From positions 352,001 through 416,000 of the forward strand of contig CBDCXL010000002.1 in assembly GCA_965223795.1 (NCBI GenBank): a stretch of 64,000 nucleotides of DNA, given 5' to 3'. The notes beneath the pieces were generated by a model. The model saw only the letters and a program-made list of their open reading frames with translations. It made no database searches and was not told the origin of the DNA. Origin of the DNA: Nitrospinales bacterium (GTDB lineage: Bacteria > Nitrospinota > Nitrospinia > Nitrospinales > VA-1). The position numbers and the translations under genes are program-made. Shown piece by piece: positions 19,202-34,206 of the stretch (its first letter is position 1; each line of letters begins with the position of its first letter).

Positions 19202-19445
19202 TAGAACCTCTTTTGAACTCACCCTTTTGCGAATCGGACGCAAAAATGGTGGCTACTGTATCTTTATTTTCAAACCTTGTCAATTTATAATCGCTGGAAC
19301 TCAAGCGGCAAAAAAACAATGGTTTGAATAAAAAATCCGTTTTCCAAATTCCTGCAGACCCTTTAATATATTTTATCTCAGAGCCCTAGCAGATAAAAGC
19401 GATTTGTTTGCGGCCCGATCTTATGGGAAACCCGAAAAAAGGACC

Positions 19446-20258
19446 TCAACCATCGGATTTCGGATCGAGCACGTCGCGCAGGCCCTCGCCGAGAAAATTG
19501 AAGGACAAAATGGTGAGAAATATCGCCAGCGAGGGGAACAGGATGAGGTGCGGGTAGAACTTGATCGCCTTCCAACCCTCGTTCGCCAGCGTGCCCCAGC
19601 TGCTGGTCGGCGGCTTGATGCCGAGCCCGATGAAGCTCAGGGTCGATTCCGACAGGATGGCCACGGGGATGCGGAAGCTCAGGGTGACGATCAGAAGCCC
19701 CAGGATATTCGGCAGGATCTCGCCGATCAGGATGCGCGGATGCCCGGCCCCCAGCGCCCGCGCCGCCTCGACGAAGGTGTATTCCTTGATACGGATCACC
19801 TCGCCGCGCACCAGCCGCGCCACGGTGACCCAGCTGACCAGCGTCAGGGCGATGAAGATCGCCGTCACGCCGCGTCCGAGCATCACGGTGATGAGGATGA
19901 TCATCAGCAGATCGGGCAACGCAAAGACCACATCGACGATGCGCATCATGACGTTGTCCACACGCCCGCCGAGGTAGCCGGAAACCGCGCCGTAAGCGGT
20001 GCCGATGAGGATCGCCAGGGCCGTGGTGGCGACGCCGATGAACAGGGAGACCTGGGCGCCGTAGATCATGCGCGACAACAGGTCGCGGCCGAGCCGGTCG
20101 GTACCGAGGAGATACTGCCCGCCCGGCGGCGCGAGGGTGTTGGCGGTGTCCTGCGCGTCGTAGGCGTACGGCGCGATCCACGGCGCGAACACGGCGGCGA
20201 ACGTGACGGCCAGCAGGAACAGCGCACTGATCTTCGAGGCCAGGGGCAGTTTCTTCAT
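19446..20258 (-). CDS. oppC: Peptide/nickel ABC transporter permease (OppC/DppC type)
   Basis: LGTDRLGRDLLSR, EAARALGA loop, LSFIGLG, GEGLRDVLDP. Confidence 0.9.
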   Translation of the reverse strand: MKKLPLASKISALFLLAVTFAAVFAPWIAPYAYDAQDTANTLAPPGGQYLLGTDRLGRDLLSRMIYGAQVSLFIGVATTALAILIGTAYGAVSGYLGGRVDNVMMRIVDVVFALPDLLMIILITVMLGRGVTAIFIALTLVSWVTVARLVRGEVIRIKEYTFVEAARALGAGHPRILIGEILPNILGLLIVTLSFRIPVAILSESTLSFIGLGIKPPTSSWGTLANEGWKAIKFYPHLILFPSLAIFLTILSFNFLGEGLRDVLDPKSDG

Positions 20259-20267
20259 GCCTTGGGT

Positions 20268-20660
20268 TCAGAGCGGGTTGGGCGGATAGTGAAATTCATA
20301 CATTTTGTTGGATGCGGGCGCGCCTGGAGTCTCGACGCCCTGGTGCCGCGCCAGGTAATCGAGGATGCGGCGGCGCACGTCCGGTGTCAACGGCCCCAGA
20401 CCCTGTTTTTCCTGCATCCAGGTCAGGGTCTCGTCCCAGCGCTTGCGGCTCATGCGGTTCTGCACGATGATCGCCGCCGAATGGCAGGCGGTGCAGGTGT
20501 CGGCCACCAGTTCCCGGTCCACTCCCGGCGGCAGCCCGGCTCCTTCCTTCGCCTGGCTTGAATTCGTTACAGACAGACTGAGCGAAACGAGAACAAACAG
20601 AACGACGCAGCCAAACCATTTATTCGCCACTCTTCCGCAGCGTGTTTGCATGGACGTCAT
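20268..20660 (-). CDS. Monoheme cytochrome c (SorB-like)
   Basis: Signal peptide, CTACH heme motif, WMQEKQGL. Directly downstream of a sulfite oxidase gene. Confidence 0.85.
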   Translation of the reverse strand: MTSMQTRCGRVANKWFGCVVLFVLVSLSLSVTNSSQAKEGAGLPPGVDRELVADTCTACHSAAIIVQNRMSRKRWDETLTWMQEKQGLGPLTPDVRRRILDYLARHQGVETPGAPASNKMYEFHYPPNPL

Positions 20661-20669
20661 CCTTTTGTC

Positions 20670-21980
20670 TCAGACCACGGTCACCGCGATGCGATGCATG
20701 GCGTTGTTGAGGTAGCCTTTCGGGTTCCAGCCCGGGACCACCATCGGCTGCTGCACGCCTGCGCTGTCGGTGGCGCGGGCCCAGACTTCGTAATACCCCT
20801 TGCCCGGAAAACGCACCGCCGCCTGCCAGCGCTGCCAGGCGTAGCGGTTGACCGGCTGTTTGAGCGCCGTGGCAATCCAGGTGGCGCCGAAATCGATGGA
20901 AAGGTCCACCCGCTTCACACTGCGGTCGCCGGCCCAGGCATGCCCGGCGAGCGGCAACGGATTTCCCGCCCTATGCTTGATCCCTGTTTTGGGCAATGTG
21001 ATGAGCGATTTCACCGGCATCGACTCGATGATCTTCATGTCCGCTTCGGGAACCTGCGCGCCCGGCGGCACGCGGTACCTGGGAACGCGGTAGGAATAGC
21101 CCGTCATCTTGGGTCCGTCGTGCTCGTGGTCGCGCACCCAGATGCGGCGCAGCCACTTGATCGACGTGGATCCCGGCCAACCCGGCGAGATCACCCGCAC
21201 CGGGAATCCGTGCAGCGGCGCCAGCGGCCGGCCGTTCATGGCCCAGGCCACCAGGGTGTGTTCCTCCATCGCCTTGTCGATGGGCGTGCCGCGCGAGATC
21301 GGCACTTTATTTGGATCCCCCGAAAGGTGCAGGTCGCTGCCGTAGTAGCCGGTGTACACGGCGCTGTCCTTGAGCCCGGCTTCTTTTAACAGGTCGCGCA
21401 GACGCACGCCGGTGTATTTAGCGCAGCCCACCGCGCCGAAGGTCCACTGGTTGCCCTTGGCGGGCGGGTGGTACCCGGCGCGGCCGTTGCCGCCGCACTC
21501 GATCTGCAGGGCGAGGGTCACGGTGTCGAAACGCTTGAGCGTTTCGAGCGTGAACGTCTGCGGCTCGTGCACTTCGCCGTCCAGCGTGAGGGTCCAGTCT
21601 CCGGCGTCGCCGCCGTAGGCGGAAGGCGGCACGAGGCCGTTGTTGCGCACGAAATGCCGGTTCACCGGCGTGACGGCGTCGTCCAAAAGATGCGGCGGCG
21701 TTTCGGCGTTGACCGGCCGGTCGTTGAGCACGGTCAGGCCGTCCTTGCCTTCGATGACGAACGCTTCCTCCGTTTGCGCCAGCGCTTCGGGAATCCAGCC
21801 CGCGGGCAGGTTGCGGGCGAACGGAATCTGCGCGCCGACGAAGGCGGCGAGCGCCGCGAATCCCGTGTCTTTAAGAAAACCGCGGCGCGAGACGCGACGC
21901 CGTCCCCAGATCCGCGCGTCGGCGCGTTCGGGATCGTCTTCGATCAGTTCGTGGAGTCCGCGTTCCTGTTTGCGTTTCAT
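20670..21980 (-). CDS. Tat-exported molybdopterin sulfite oxidase/dehydrogenase (SorA-like)
   Basis: SRRGFLK Tat motif, NAETP, FVRNNG, ECGGNGR (Mo-Cys), HGFPVR, SIKWL, WNPKGYLNN. True start 21980 after GAGGGG. Confidence 0.9.
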   Translation of the reverse strand: MKRKQERGLHELIEDDPERADARIWGRRRVSRRGFLKDTGFAALAAFVGAQIPFARNLPAGWIPEALAQTEEAFVIEGKDGLTVLNDRPVNAETPPHLLDDAVTPVNRHFVRNNGLVPPSAYGGDAGDWTLTLDGEVHEPQTFTLETLKRFDTVTLALQIECGGNGRAGYHPPAKGNQWTFGAVGCAKYTGVRLRDLLKEAGLKDSAVYTGYYGSDLHLSGDPNKVPISRGTPIDKAMEEHTLVAWAMNGRPLAPLHGFPVRVISPGWPGSTSIKWLRRIWVRDHEHDGPKMTGYSYRVPRYRVPPGAQVPEADMKIIESMPVKSLITLPKTGIKHRAGNPLPLAGHAWAGDRSVKRVDLSIDFGATWIATALKQPVNRYAWQRWQAAVRFPGKGYYEVWARATDSAGVQQPMVVPGWNPKGYLNNAMHRIAVTVV

Positions 21981-21991
21981 GTTGCCCCCTC

Positions 21992-22912
21992 TTATTTTTC
22001 CAGCGACACGCGCGGGTCGAGCCAGACGTAGATCAGGTCCACGGCGATGTTTGCGAGCACGATGAGCACCGCGTACACCAGCGTCACGCCCATGATGAGC
22101 GGGTAGTCGCGGTTGGTGACGGCGGTGATGAAAAAGCTGCCCATGCCGGGAATGGAAAAGATGAACTCGATGACGAACGAGCCGGTGACCAGCCCCGCCA
22201 GCAGCGGCCCCAGCACCGACACGATGGGATAGATGGAATTTTTCAGCGCGTGCTTGAGCACCACCGTGGGCTCGGAAAGCCCTTTGGCGCGGGCGGTGCG
22301 GATGTAGTCGGACGCCATGACGTCGAGCACGGTGGAGCGCGTCAGCCGCGCGACGTAGCCCGCGAAACCCGCTCCCAGCGCAAGCGCGGGCATCAGCACG
22401 TGGCGCGGACCTTCCCACAGCGCGGGCGGCAGCAGGTGCAGCTTGTGCGACAGGGCCCAGACCAGCACCGTGCCGAGCACGAAGCTGGGAACGGAGATGC
22501 CGAGCGTGGCCACGAAGATGAAGAACCGGTCGACGAACGTGTTCTTCCAGTAGGCGGAGGCGATGCCCGCGGGCACGCCGATGCCGACCACCACCAGGAA
22601 CGCGCACAGCCCCAGTGTGATCGAGACGGGAAACGTGTCGGCGATGATGGCGCTGACGTCGCGGCCGAGGTATTTGTAGGATGGCCCCAGATCGCCCTGC
22701 ACGAGCTGCTTGATATAGAGCAGGTACTGCGTGAGCACGGGCTTGTCCAGGTGGTACTTGGCTTCGATGTTGGCCTTGATATCCGGCGGCAGCGATTTTT
22801 CTTCGTCGAAAGGACCTCCGGGCACCTGGTGCATGATGAAAAAGGTGATCGTCGCGACGGTGAGGAGGACCGGAATGCCGAGTAGAATCCGCTTGCCGAG
22901 GTAGATCCACAT
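21992..22912 (-). CDS. oppB: Peptide/nickel ABC transporter permease (OppB/DppB type)
   Basis: PGGPF, GDLGPS, DYIRTARAKGL, RDYPLIMG, LDPRV. Confidence 0.92.
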   Translation of the reverse strand: MWIYLGKRILLGIPVLLTVATITFFIMHQVPGGPFDEEKSLPPDIKANIEAKYHLDKPVLTQYLLYIKQLVQGDLGPSYKYLGRDVSAIIADTFPVSITLGLCAFLVVVGIGVPAGIASAYWKNTFVDRFFIFVATLGISVPSFVLGTVLVWALSHKLHLLPPALWEGPRHVLMPALALGAGFAGYVARLTRSTVLDVMASDYIRTARAKGLSEPTVVLKHALKNSIYPIVSVLGPLLAGLVTGSFVIEFIFSIPGMGSFFITAVTNRDYPLIMGVTLVYAVLIVLANIAVDLIYVWLDPRVSLEK

Positions 22913-23079
22913 TCGGGTATCCTAACACAGTGAAAATGCGGGCGGCAATCGCCTGCGGCAGAGCGGACGCGGCCGATGGACGGCCTTGTGGGGGCAAACG
23001 GCGGTGCGCTATAATGGCTGCTTCTGAAACGGTCCTGATTCCGTCTTCCTTGAAACCCTGTCCGCTTCCGACCGATTCC

Positions 23080-24918
23080 ATGAACTACCCGTCATTGCGT
23101 GAATTCATCGCCCGTCTGGAACGGGAGGGGGAGCTGATCCGCATCGCGAAAGCGGTCTCGCCGGTCCTGGAAATTTCCGAGATCACCGACCGCATTTCGA
23201 AACAGCCCGGCGGCGGCAAAGCGCTGCTGTTCGAAAACGTCGAGGGCAGCGCCATGCCGGTGCTGATCAACGCGTTCGGCAGCACCCGGCGCATGCAGCT
23301 GGCGCTGGGCGTTGCGGACATCGAGGCGATCCCGAAGGACATCGAGCGCTACCTCAAGCTCGACCCGCCGGCGACGCTGCTGGACAAGGTGAAGCTGCTG
23401 CCGATGCTGTTCGAGGCGGCGCACTTCCCCCCGAAAACGGTGAGTGGCGCGGCCGCCTGCCAGGAGGTGGTGCACACGGGGGACGCGGTCGATCTTTCGA
23501 CGCTGCCGATCTTGCAATGCTGGCCGCAAGACGCGGGCCGGTTCATCACCTTTCCCATCGTCATCAACCGCAGCGTGGACGGCAAGGTGCGCAACGTCGG
23601 GCTGTACCGCATGCAGGTGTACGACAAAAAAACCACCGCCATGCACTGGCACATCCACAAGGACGGGGCGCATTTTTTTCACGAGTTCAAAAAGCAGGGC
23701 AAGGTGATGGAAGTGGCGGTGGCGATCGGCGCGGACCCCGCCACCTGCTACGCGGCTTCGGCCCCCCTGCCCTACGGCATCGACGAATTTCTGCTGGCGG
23801 GCTTCATCCGCAAGGCGGCGGTGCCGCTGGTGCGCTGCAAGACGGTGGATCTCATGGTTCCGGCGAACGCGGAGATCGTGCTGGAAGGGATCATCGACCC
23901 GAACAACCTCAGAACCGAAGGCCCGTTCGGCGATCACACGGGCTACTACTCGCAGGACGGCGACTACCCGGTGTTCGAGGTGAGAGCGATCACGCACCGC
24001 AAAAATCCGGTCTATCTCACCACCATCGTGGGCATTCCGCCGCAGGAGGATTATTATCTGGGCAAGGCCACGGAGCGGATCTTCCTGCCGCTGATGCGCA
24101 CGCAGCTTCCGGAGATCGTGGACATGAACATGCCGCTGGAAGGCGTGTTCCACAATTCGGTGATCGTCTCCATCACCAAGCGCTTTCCCATGCAGGCGCG
24201 GCGGCTGATGAGCGCGCTGTGGGGACTCGGACAGATGAGCTTCGTGAAAACCATCGTGGTGGTGGACGCCGACCTCGACGTGCAGGATCTGGCCGCGGTG
24301 GCGCGGCGGGTGCTGGACGGCGTGGATTTCAGGCACAACCTGTTTTTCTCGGAAGGCATCCTCGATGTGTTGAACCACGCGTCCGATCGGGCGCTGTACG
24401 GCTCGAAGCTCGGCATCGACGCGACGCGGCCGAGCCTGGGCGAGCCGGGTTATGACGCGCCGCCTCCCGTGCGCCCGAATGAGCCGCTGCCCGAGGCGGC
24501 GTCGATCGCGGAGGCGTTCGAGGCCGTTGCCGACTGCGCGTATCTCGATCTGGACACGGCGCGGCCGGTGCTGTTCGCCGCGCTCAGGAAAGACCGCCCG
24601 CTTCAGGGGAAGGAATTCATCGCCGAATTTTTCAAAGACGCGCGCTTTTCCGCCGTCGCGGTGCTGATCCTACTGGAAGCGCACGTGGACGTGCGCGATC
24701 TTTCGTTCATCATGTGGAAGTTTTTCAACAACCTCGATCCGAAACGGGATTTTCATTTCACAGAAAACCGGCTGGGCATCGACGTGACGCGCAAATCCGC
24801 CGAGGAAGGCTATCACCAGAACTGGCCGGACGAGATCGTCATGGATGCGGCGGTGGTGGAAAAAGTGCGCCGCGACTGGAATGAGCTGTTTCCGGACGGC
24901 TCGATCGCCAATATCTGA
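23080..24918 (+). CDS. UbiD-family prFMN decarboxylase (menaquinone-biosynthesis type)
   Basis: NVGLYRMQ, EGPFGDHTGYY, GSKLGIDAT, duplicated C-terminal domain. TATAAT at 23010. Confidence 0.9.
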   Translation: MNYPSLREFIARLEREGELIRIAKAVSPVLEISEITDRISKQPGGGKALLFENVEGSAMPVLINAFGSTRRMQLALGVADIEAIPKDIERYLKLDPPATLLDKVKLLPMLFEAAHFPPKTVSGAAACQEVVHTGDAVDLSTLPILQCWPQDAGRFITFPIVINRSVDGKVRNVGLYRMQVYDKKTTAMHWHIHKDGAHFFHEFKKQGKVMEVAVAIGADPATCYAASAPLPYGIDEFLLAGFIRKAAVPLVRCKTVDLMVPANAEIVLEGIIDPNNLRTEGPFGDHTGYYSQDGDYPVFEVRAITHRKNPVYLTTIVGIPPQEDYYLGKATERIFLPLMRTQLPEIVDMNMPLEGVFHNSVIVSITKRFPMQARRLMSALWGLGQMSFVKTIVVVDADLDVQDLAAVARRVLDGVDFRHNLFFSEGILDVLNHASDRALYGSKLGIDATRPSLGEPGYDAPPPVRPNEPLPEAASIAEAFEAVADCAYLDLDTARPVLFAALRKDRPLQGKEFIAEFFKDARFSAVAVLILLEAHVDVRDLSFIMWKFFNNLDPKRDFHFTENRLGIDVTRKSAEEGYHQNWPDEIVMDAAVVEKVRRDWNELFPDGSIANI

Positions 24919-24948
24919 CCGTTTCACCCCTTTCATCCGCAGAGCCGC

Positions 24949-27773
<2,825 letters not shown>

Positions 27774-27777
<4 letters not shown>

Positions 27778-28508
27778 AGGCTTTTAAAATGACTATAAAC
27801 TGGGTTCGCGTATACCACCGTCTTTTCGAAATTATTAACACTGCTGGTGACACATATTTTTCAGGAGGACGGTTCATTTCAAAAGTTCGAGAAGTTGATC
27901 CTTACTTCCCCAATTATCAGCAATACATGGCTGATCGCAGCGGTAGCACAAGTAGAAAAGATTATTATTACGATATTCTTCTAAGTTTTGATGAAGAACC
28001 AAGACTCCAAATTTTAAATTTAATATTGGAAGAAGTGCGCCCATTTTTTCCTGAAAAGGTTTCCGAAATTCAAGCAGAACTGGGAGGTTTTTCATCAATT
28101 CCGCCCGCACAGATAAATCCAGATACATGGAATTCTGATCGCTTAAATCAATATGTAAATGATATTGATATTCGAATTGGGGCTGGCAATTATGAGGGCG
28201 CTGTGACTTTGTGCTATACGGTTTTAGAGGGCTTTTTTAAAGCTTTCGTACAAAAAAATATTTCAGATTGTTCTGACCCAAGAGATATAGTTCAATTATC
28301 CCGATCTATCCAAAATTATCTTCGCAATGAAATAGATCAATATCCAGATGAAGCTCTTACCATGCTTAATCATATAACACATACGGTTAATAGAACTCGC
28401 AATGGATTCAGTGAATCCCACTTTGATGAAAGAGCAGGTCGATGGTTAGCTGTGTTTATCCGAGATCTAGTAAATACAGAGATCCGGCTTTTACTTAACT
28501 TTATTTAG
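27774..28508 (+). CDS. Abortive-infection-family protein with C-terminal HEPN-like (Abi_C) domain
   Basis: Abruptly AT-rich. [19 protein letters not shown] and RNGFSESH (Rx6H). GTG start overlaps the uvrA stop, after GAGGGG. Confidence 0.65.
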
Positions 28509-28524
28509 GGTTTAATTAGAAATA

Positions 28525-28578
28525 TCAGTTCTCTTCGGTGTGTTCGAGGCGGGCGGTGGCGCAGAAGAGTTGGAGCTG
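28525..28578 (-). repeat. 54-bp direct repeat of the atpC 3' end (copy of 29079-29132)
   Basis: TCAGTTCTCTTCGGTGTGTTCGAGGCGGGCGGTGGCGC(A/G)GAAGAGTTGGAGCTG, 53/54 identical. Confidence 0.95.
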
Positions 28579-28613
28579 AACTTTTTTAATTAGGTGTGGA
28601 TGTGGTTGCCGTT

Positions 28614-28885
28614 TTAATTTGATGGCCGCGGGGGCTTGGGGTTTTTGCGGGAGCGGACGTAGGCTTCGAGCACGGCGTTGATGCGGGTCTGGTAACCTTT
28701 GCCGCCGGCTTTGAAATAATCGAGCACGGATTGCTTGACCCGGATGGTCAGGTGGCGGGTTTTTCCGGTTTGACCCATTCGGCGTTCTCCCAGAATGCTT
28801 CGTCCAGTTCGGGGATGTCGCTGAAGTCGATGTCTTCATCCTTCATCTTGTTCAGTTCGCTGATCTTTTTTTCTTTCGGTATCAT
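28614..28885 (-). pseudogene. BrnA-family antitoxin, frameshifted
   Basis: MIPKEKKISELNKMKDEDIDFSDIPELDEAFWENA..., then after a shift at the A5 run (28760-28764) ...LTIRVKQSVLDYFKAGGKGYQTRINAVLEAYV. Confidence 0.85.
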
Positions 28886-28913
28886 CGAATTCTCATATGA
28901 GCCACGTCAAGTT

Positions 28914-29029
28914 TTCATCCTGAGCCCTTCGTCCTTCGACAAGCTCAGGATGACAGCTCAGGACAGGCTTTGTCGAGGGGGACAACTCAAGAACCATGCG
29001 CGTCATGCTTCGACAGGCTCAGCATGACA
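28914..29029. repeat. Repeat family A, inverted pair with doubly nested insertion
   Basis: Reverse complement of 28920-28968 matches 15439-15487 at 47/49. Confidence 0.9.
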
Positions 29030-29078
29030 CTGTAAACTACAATTTCAATGGGATTTTCTGACTTCCCAATATGGCAGG

Positions 29079-29489
29079 TCAGTTCTCTTCGGTGTGTTCG
29101 AGGCGGGCGGTGGCGCGGAAGAGTTGGAGCTGGGCCTCCTCGAATTCCTTCTCGCTGAGGTCGGCGCGGCCCAGGGTCTCTTCGGCCCTGGCTTTCGCGG
29201 CTTCGGCGCGGGCGCGGTCGACTTCGTGCAGGAACTCTGCGGTCTCGGCGAGGACGGTGACGCGGTTTTCGGTCACTTCGAGGTAGCCGCCGCTGACGAC
29301 CAGTCCCGTGGTCTGGCCGTCGTTCTCATAGGAGAGCGGACCGGGCCTGAGGTTGGTGATGAGCGCGGCGTGGTCGTAGAGGATGCCGAGGTCGCCCTCG
29401 ATGCCGGGGGCGTTGACCTGATCGACGAATTGTTCGACGACGTTTTTTTCGGGGGTGACGATGTTGAGCAGCAGTTTGTTTTCGGCCAT
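29079..29489 (-). CDS. atpC: ATP synthase F1 epsilon
   Basis: IVTPE, GDLGILYDHA, VSGGYLEV, VTVLAE. Operon position. Confidence 0.95.
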   Translation of the reverse strand: MAENKLLLNIVTPEKNVVEQFVDQVNAPGIEGDLGILYDHAALITNLRPGPLSYENDGQTTGLVVSGGYLEVTENRVTVLAETAEFLHEVDRARAEAAKARAEETLGRADLSEKEFEEAQLQLFRATARLEHTEEN

Positions 29490-29551
29490 GTTTCTAAGCT
29501 AAAAAGTTTTATTTAATTCTTACAGTGGTGTAAAAGGAGTGAGTTATTTAT

Positions 29552-29635
29552 CCCCCCTCACCTAACCTCTCTCTCCAGGGGAGGCCAAGCGAAGCTTGGC
29601 ACCCGCTCATCAAAATACTGGAGGTGGCTTGAGGA
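29552..29635. repeat. Repeat family B hairpin with 48-bp insert in the right arm
   Basis: CCCCCCTCACCTAACCTCTCTCTCCAGGGGA[29583-29630]GAGGA. Confidence 0.85.
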
Positions 29636-29654
29636 ATAAAAACCGAGCTCCAGC

Positions 29655-31995
<2,341 letters not shown>

Positions 31996-32016
31996 TTGGT
32001 TGCGCTGCCTTTAATG

Positions 32017-32112
32017 TGCCGCCCTGAGCTTGTCGAAGGGCTGCACGGTTATCGAGTCACACTCATGCTTCGTCATGCCTGCCCTGAGCTTGCCGAAGGG
32101 CTCAGCACGACA
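32017..32112. repeat. Repeat family A, inverted pair with single nested insertion (atpA-atpG spacer)
   Basis: TGCCGCCCTGAGCTTGTCGAAGGGC ... TCATGCTTCGTCATG[CCTGCCCTGAGCTTGCCGAAGGG]CTCAGCACGACA. Confidence 0.88.
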
Positions 32113-32126
32113 TCGAATAGCGGGTT

Positions 32127-33629
32127 TTAAAAAAGCCCTTTGTATTCCTGAACCGCGGCCTTCAGTTTGTTTTCGAGATCGTCGTTGAGTTTCTTTTCCT
32201 TTGCGATCGTATCCAGGATGTCCTTGTGCTTCTCTTCCATAAAATTGAGGAAGCCGGCCTCGAAACGTCTCACGTCGGCCACGGCGATGTCGTCCAGAAG
32301 CCCGCGCACGCCGGTGAAAATGGAAACGATCTGCTGCACGACGGAAAGCGGTTTGTACTGATCCTGCTTGAGCAGCTCGACCAGTCGCTCACCGCGTGAA
32401 AGCTGGGCCTGGGTCGCGGCGTCGAGGTCGCTGCCGAACTGGGCGAACGCGGCCATCTCGCGATACTGCGCGAGATCGAGCCTGAGCTGCCCGGCCACCT
32501 GCTTCATGCCCTTGATCTGGGCGGCGCCGCCGACGCGGGAAACGGAGAGGCCGACGTTGATGGCGGGCCGCACGCCGGAGTAGAACAGGTCCGTTTCCAG
32601 ATAGATCTGGCCATCGGTGATGGAAATCACGTTGGTCGGGATGTAGGCGGAAACGTCGCCCGCCTGGGTTTCGATGATCGGCAGCGCGGTCAGGGACCCG
32701 GCGCCCAACTCGTCGCCCAGTTTCGCGGCGCGCTCCAACAGCCGCGAGTGCAGGAAGAACACGTCTCCGGGATAGGCTTCGCGTCCCGGCGGCCGTCGAA
32801 GCAGGAGCGACAACTGCCGGTAGGCGGCCGCCTGCTTGGAAAGATCGTCGTAAATGATGAGGCAGTGCTGGCCGTTGTCGCGGAAGTGCTCGCCCATGGC
32901 GCAGCCGGCGTAGGGGGCGATGAACTGCATGGGCGCGGGCTCGCTGGCGGAGGCGGACACGACGATGGTGTACTCCATCGCGCCGTGCTCTTCCAGGGAT
33001 TTCACCACGCGGGCGACGGTGGAACGTTTCTGCCCGACCGCCACGTAGATGCAGAACACGTTCTGCCCTTTCTGGTTGATGATGGTGTCGATGGCGACGG
33101 CGGTCTTGCCGGTCTGCCGGTCACCGATGATGAGCTCGCGCTGGCCGCGGCCGATGGGGATCATGCCGTCGATGGCCTTGATGCCGGTCTGCAGCGGCTC
33201 GTGCACGGATTTTCTGTCGATCACGCCCGGAGCGATGCGCTCGATGGGGCCGAATTTCTTGGTCTTGACCGGGCCGCGCCCGTCGATGGCTTCGCCCAGG
33301 GAGTTGACCACCCGGCCCACCAGTTCGGGGCCGACCGGGACTTCCATGATGCGGCCGGTGCGCTTGACCTCGTCGCCCTCTTTGATCTTGTCGTCGAACC
33401 CGAGCAGGATGGCGCCGACGTTGTCCTCTTCCAGGTTGAGCACCATGCCCACCAGCCCGCCTGGAAATTCGAGGAGCTCTCCCGCCATAGCCTTTTCGAG
33501 ACCGTAGATGCGCGCGATGCCGTCGCCTACCGAGATCACGCGTCCGGTTTCCTTGAGCTCGATCCCTTCCTCAAAACCCTGGATCCTTTTTTCGATCAGG
33601 GAACTAATTTCATCGGCTCGCAAATTCAC
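32127..33629 (-). CDS. atpA: ATP synthase F1 alpha
   Basis: [30 protein letters not shown] start. Confidence 0.98.
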   Translation of the reverse strand: MNLRADEISSLIEKRIQGFEEGIELKETGRVISVGDGIARIYGLEKAMAGELLEFPGGLVGMVLNLEEDNVGAILLGFDDKIKEGDEVKRTGRIMEVPVGPELVGRVVNSLGEAIDGRGPVKTKKFGPIERIAPGVIDRKSVHEPLQTGIKAIDGMIPIGRGQRELIIGDRQTGKTAVAIDTIINQKGQNVFCIYVAVGQKRSTVARVVKSLEEHGAMEYTIVVSASASEPAPMQFIAPYAGCAMGEHFRDNGQHCLIIYDDLSKQAAAYRQLSLLLRRPPGREAYPGDVFFLHSRLLERAAKLGDELGAGSLTALPIIETQAGDVSAYIPTNVISITDGQIYLETDLFYSGVRPAINVGLSVSRVGGAAQIKGMKQVAGQLRLDLAQYREMAAFAQFGSDLDAATQAQLSRGERLVELLKQDQYKPLSVVQQIVSIFTGVRGLLDDIAVADVRRFEAGFLNFMEEKHKDILDTIAKEKKLNDDLENKLKAAVQEYKGLF

Positions 33630-34181
33630 TTAGGCTACCTCCTCTTTTTCGATGATTTGTCGCAATTTTTGCAGGCGGTTGATGATGGTCGCGTCGGCGA
33701 CCTGGTCGCCGATGCGCAGCCGGATGCCGCCGATCAGCGAGTCGTCCTCGTGCACTTCGAGCAGAACGGTCTTGCCGAAGATGCGCTCCAGTCCGGTGCT
33801 GAGCCGCTTGGTGTTTTCCTGGGTGAGCGGCTGGGCGGATTCGACGGACACGCGGATCTGCTTGAGCCTTTCATCGACCACGTCCTGAAAGTATTCGGTG
33901 ATCTTTTCCAGATACAGCATCTTGTTGCGCTCGACCAGCATGCGCACCAGGTTTTTCACGCCGGACTTCACGCCCAGCTTGCTGCATAAATCCTGGGCCA
34001 GCTCGTTTTTGCGTTCCGGCGGAATCGACGGGTGGGCGAAAAACCGCGGAAGCTGGTCCTGGCTCTGGAACGCGGCGGTCAGCTCGCGCAGATTGTCCAG
34101 CGCCGCACTGAGTTCCGATTTCTTCTCGATGCTGTCGGACAGCGCCTCGGCGTAGCGTTTGCCTATCAGGTTTTCGATCAT
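33630..34181 (-). CDS. atpH: ATP synthase delta
   Basis: KRYAEAL, SLIGGIRLRIGD. Operon position. Confidence 0.94.
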   Translation of the reverse strand: MIENLIGKRYAEALSDSIEKKSELSAALDNLRELTAAFQSQDQLPRFFAHPSIPPERKNELAQDLCSKLGVKSGVKNLVRMLVERNKMLYLEKITEYFQDVVDERLKQIRVSVESAQPLTQENTKRLSTGLERIFGKTVLLEVHEDDSLIGGIRLRIGDQVADATIINRLQKLRQIIEKEEVA

Positions 34182-34206
34182 GAGTTCAGTCGGTGACGCC
34201 GCGGAC

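Noticed and set aside
21981..23081. 803-aa ORF suggesting a long N-terminal extension of the sulfite oxidase
   Set aside because: The extension is an off-frame overlap of oppB. The RBS and Tat motif place the start at 21980
28525..28839. 104-aa ORF ending in the AtpC C-terminus (LFCATARLEHTEEN)
   Set aside because: Chance read-through into the duplicated atpC end. The real coding signal here is BrnA in other frames
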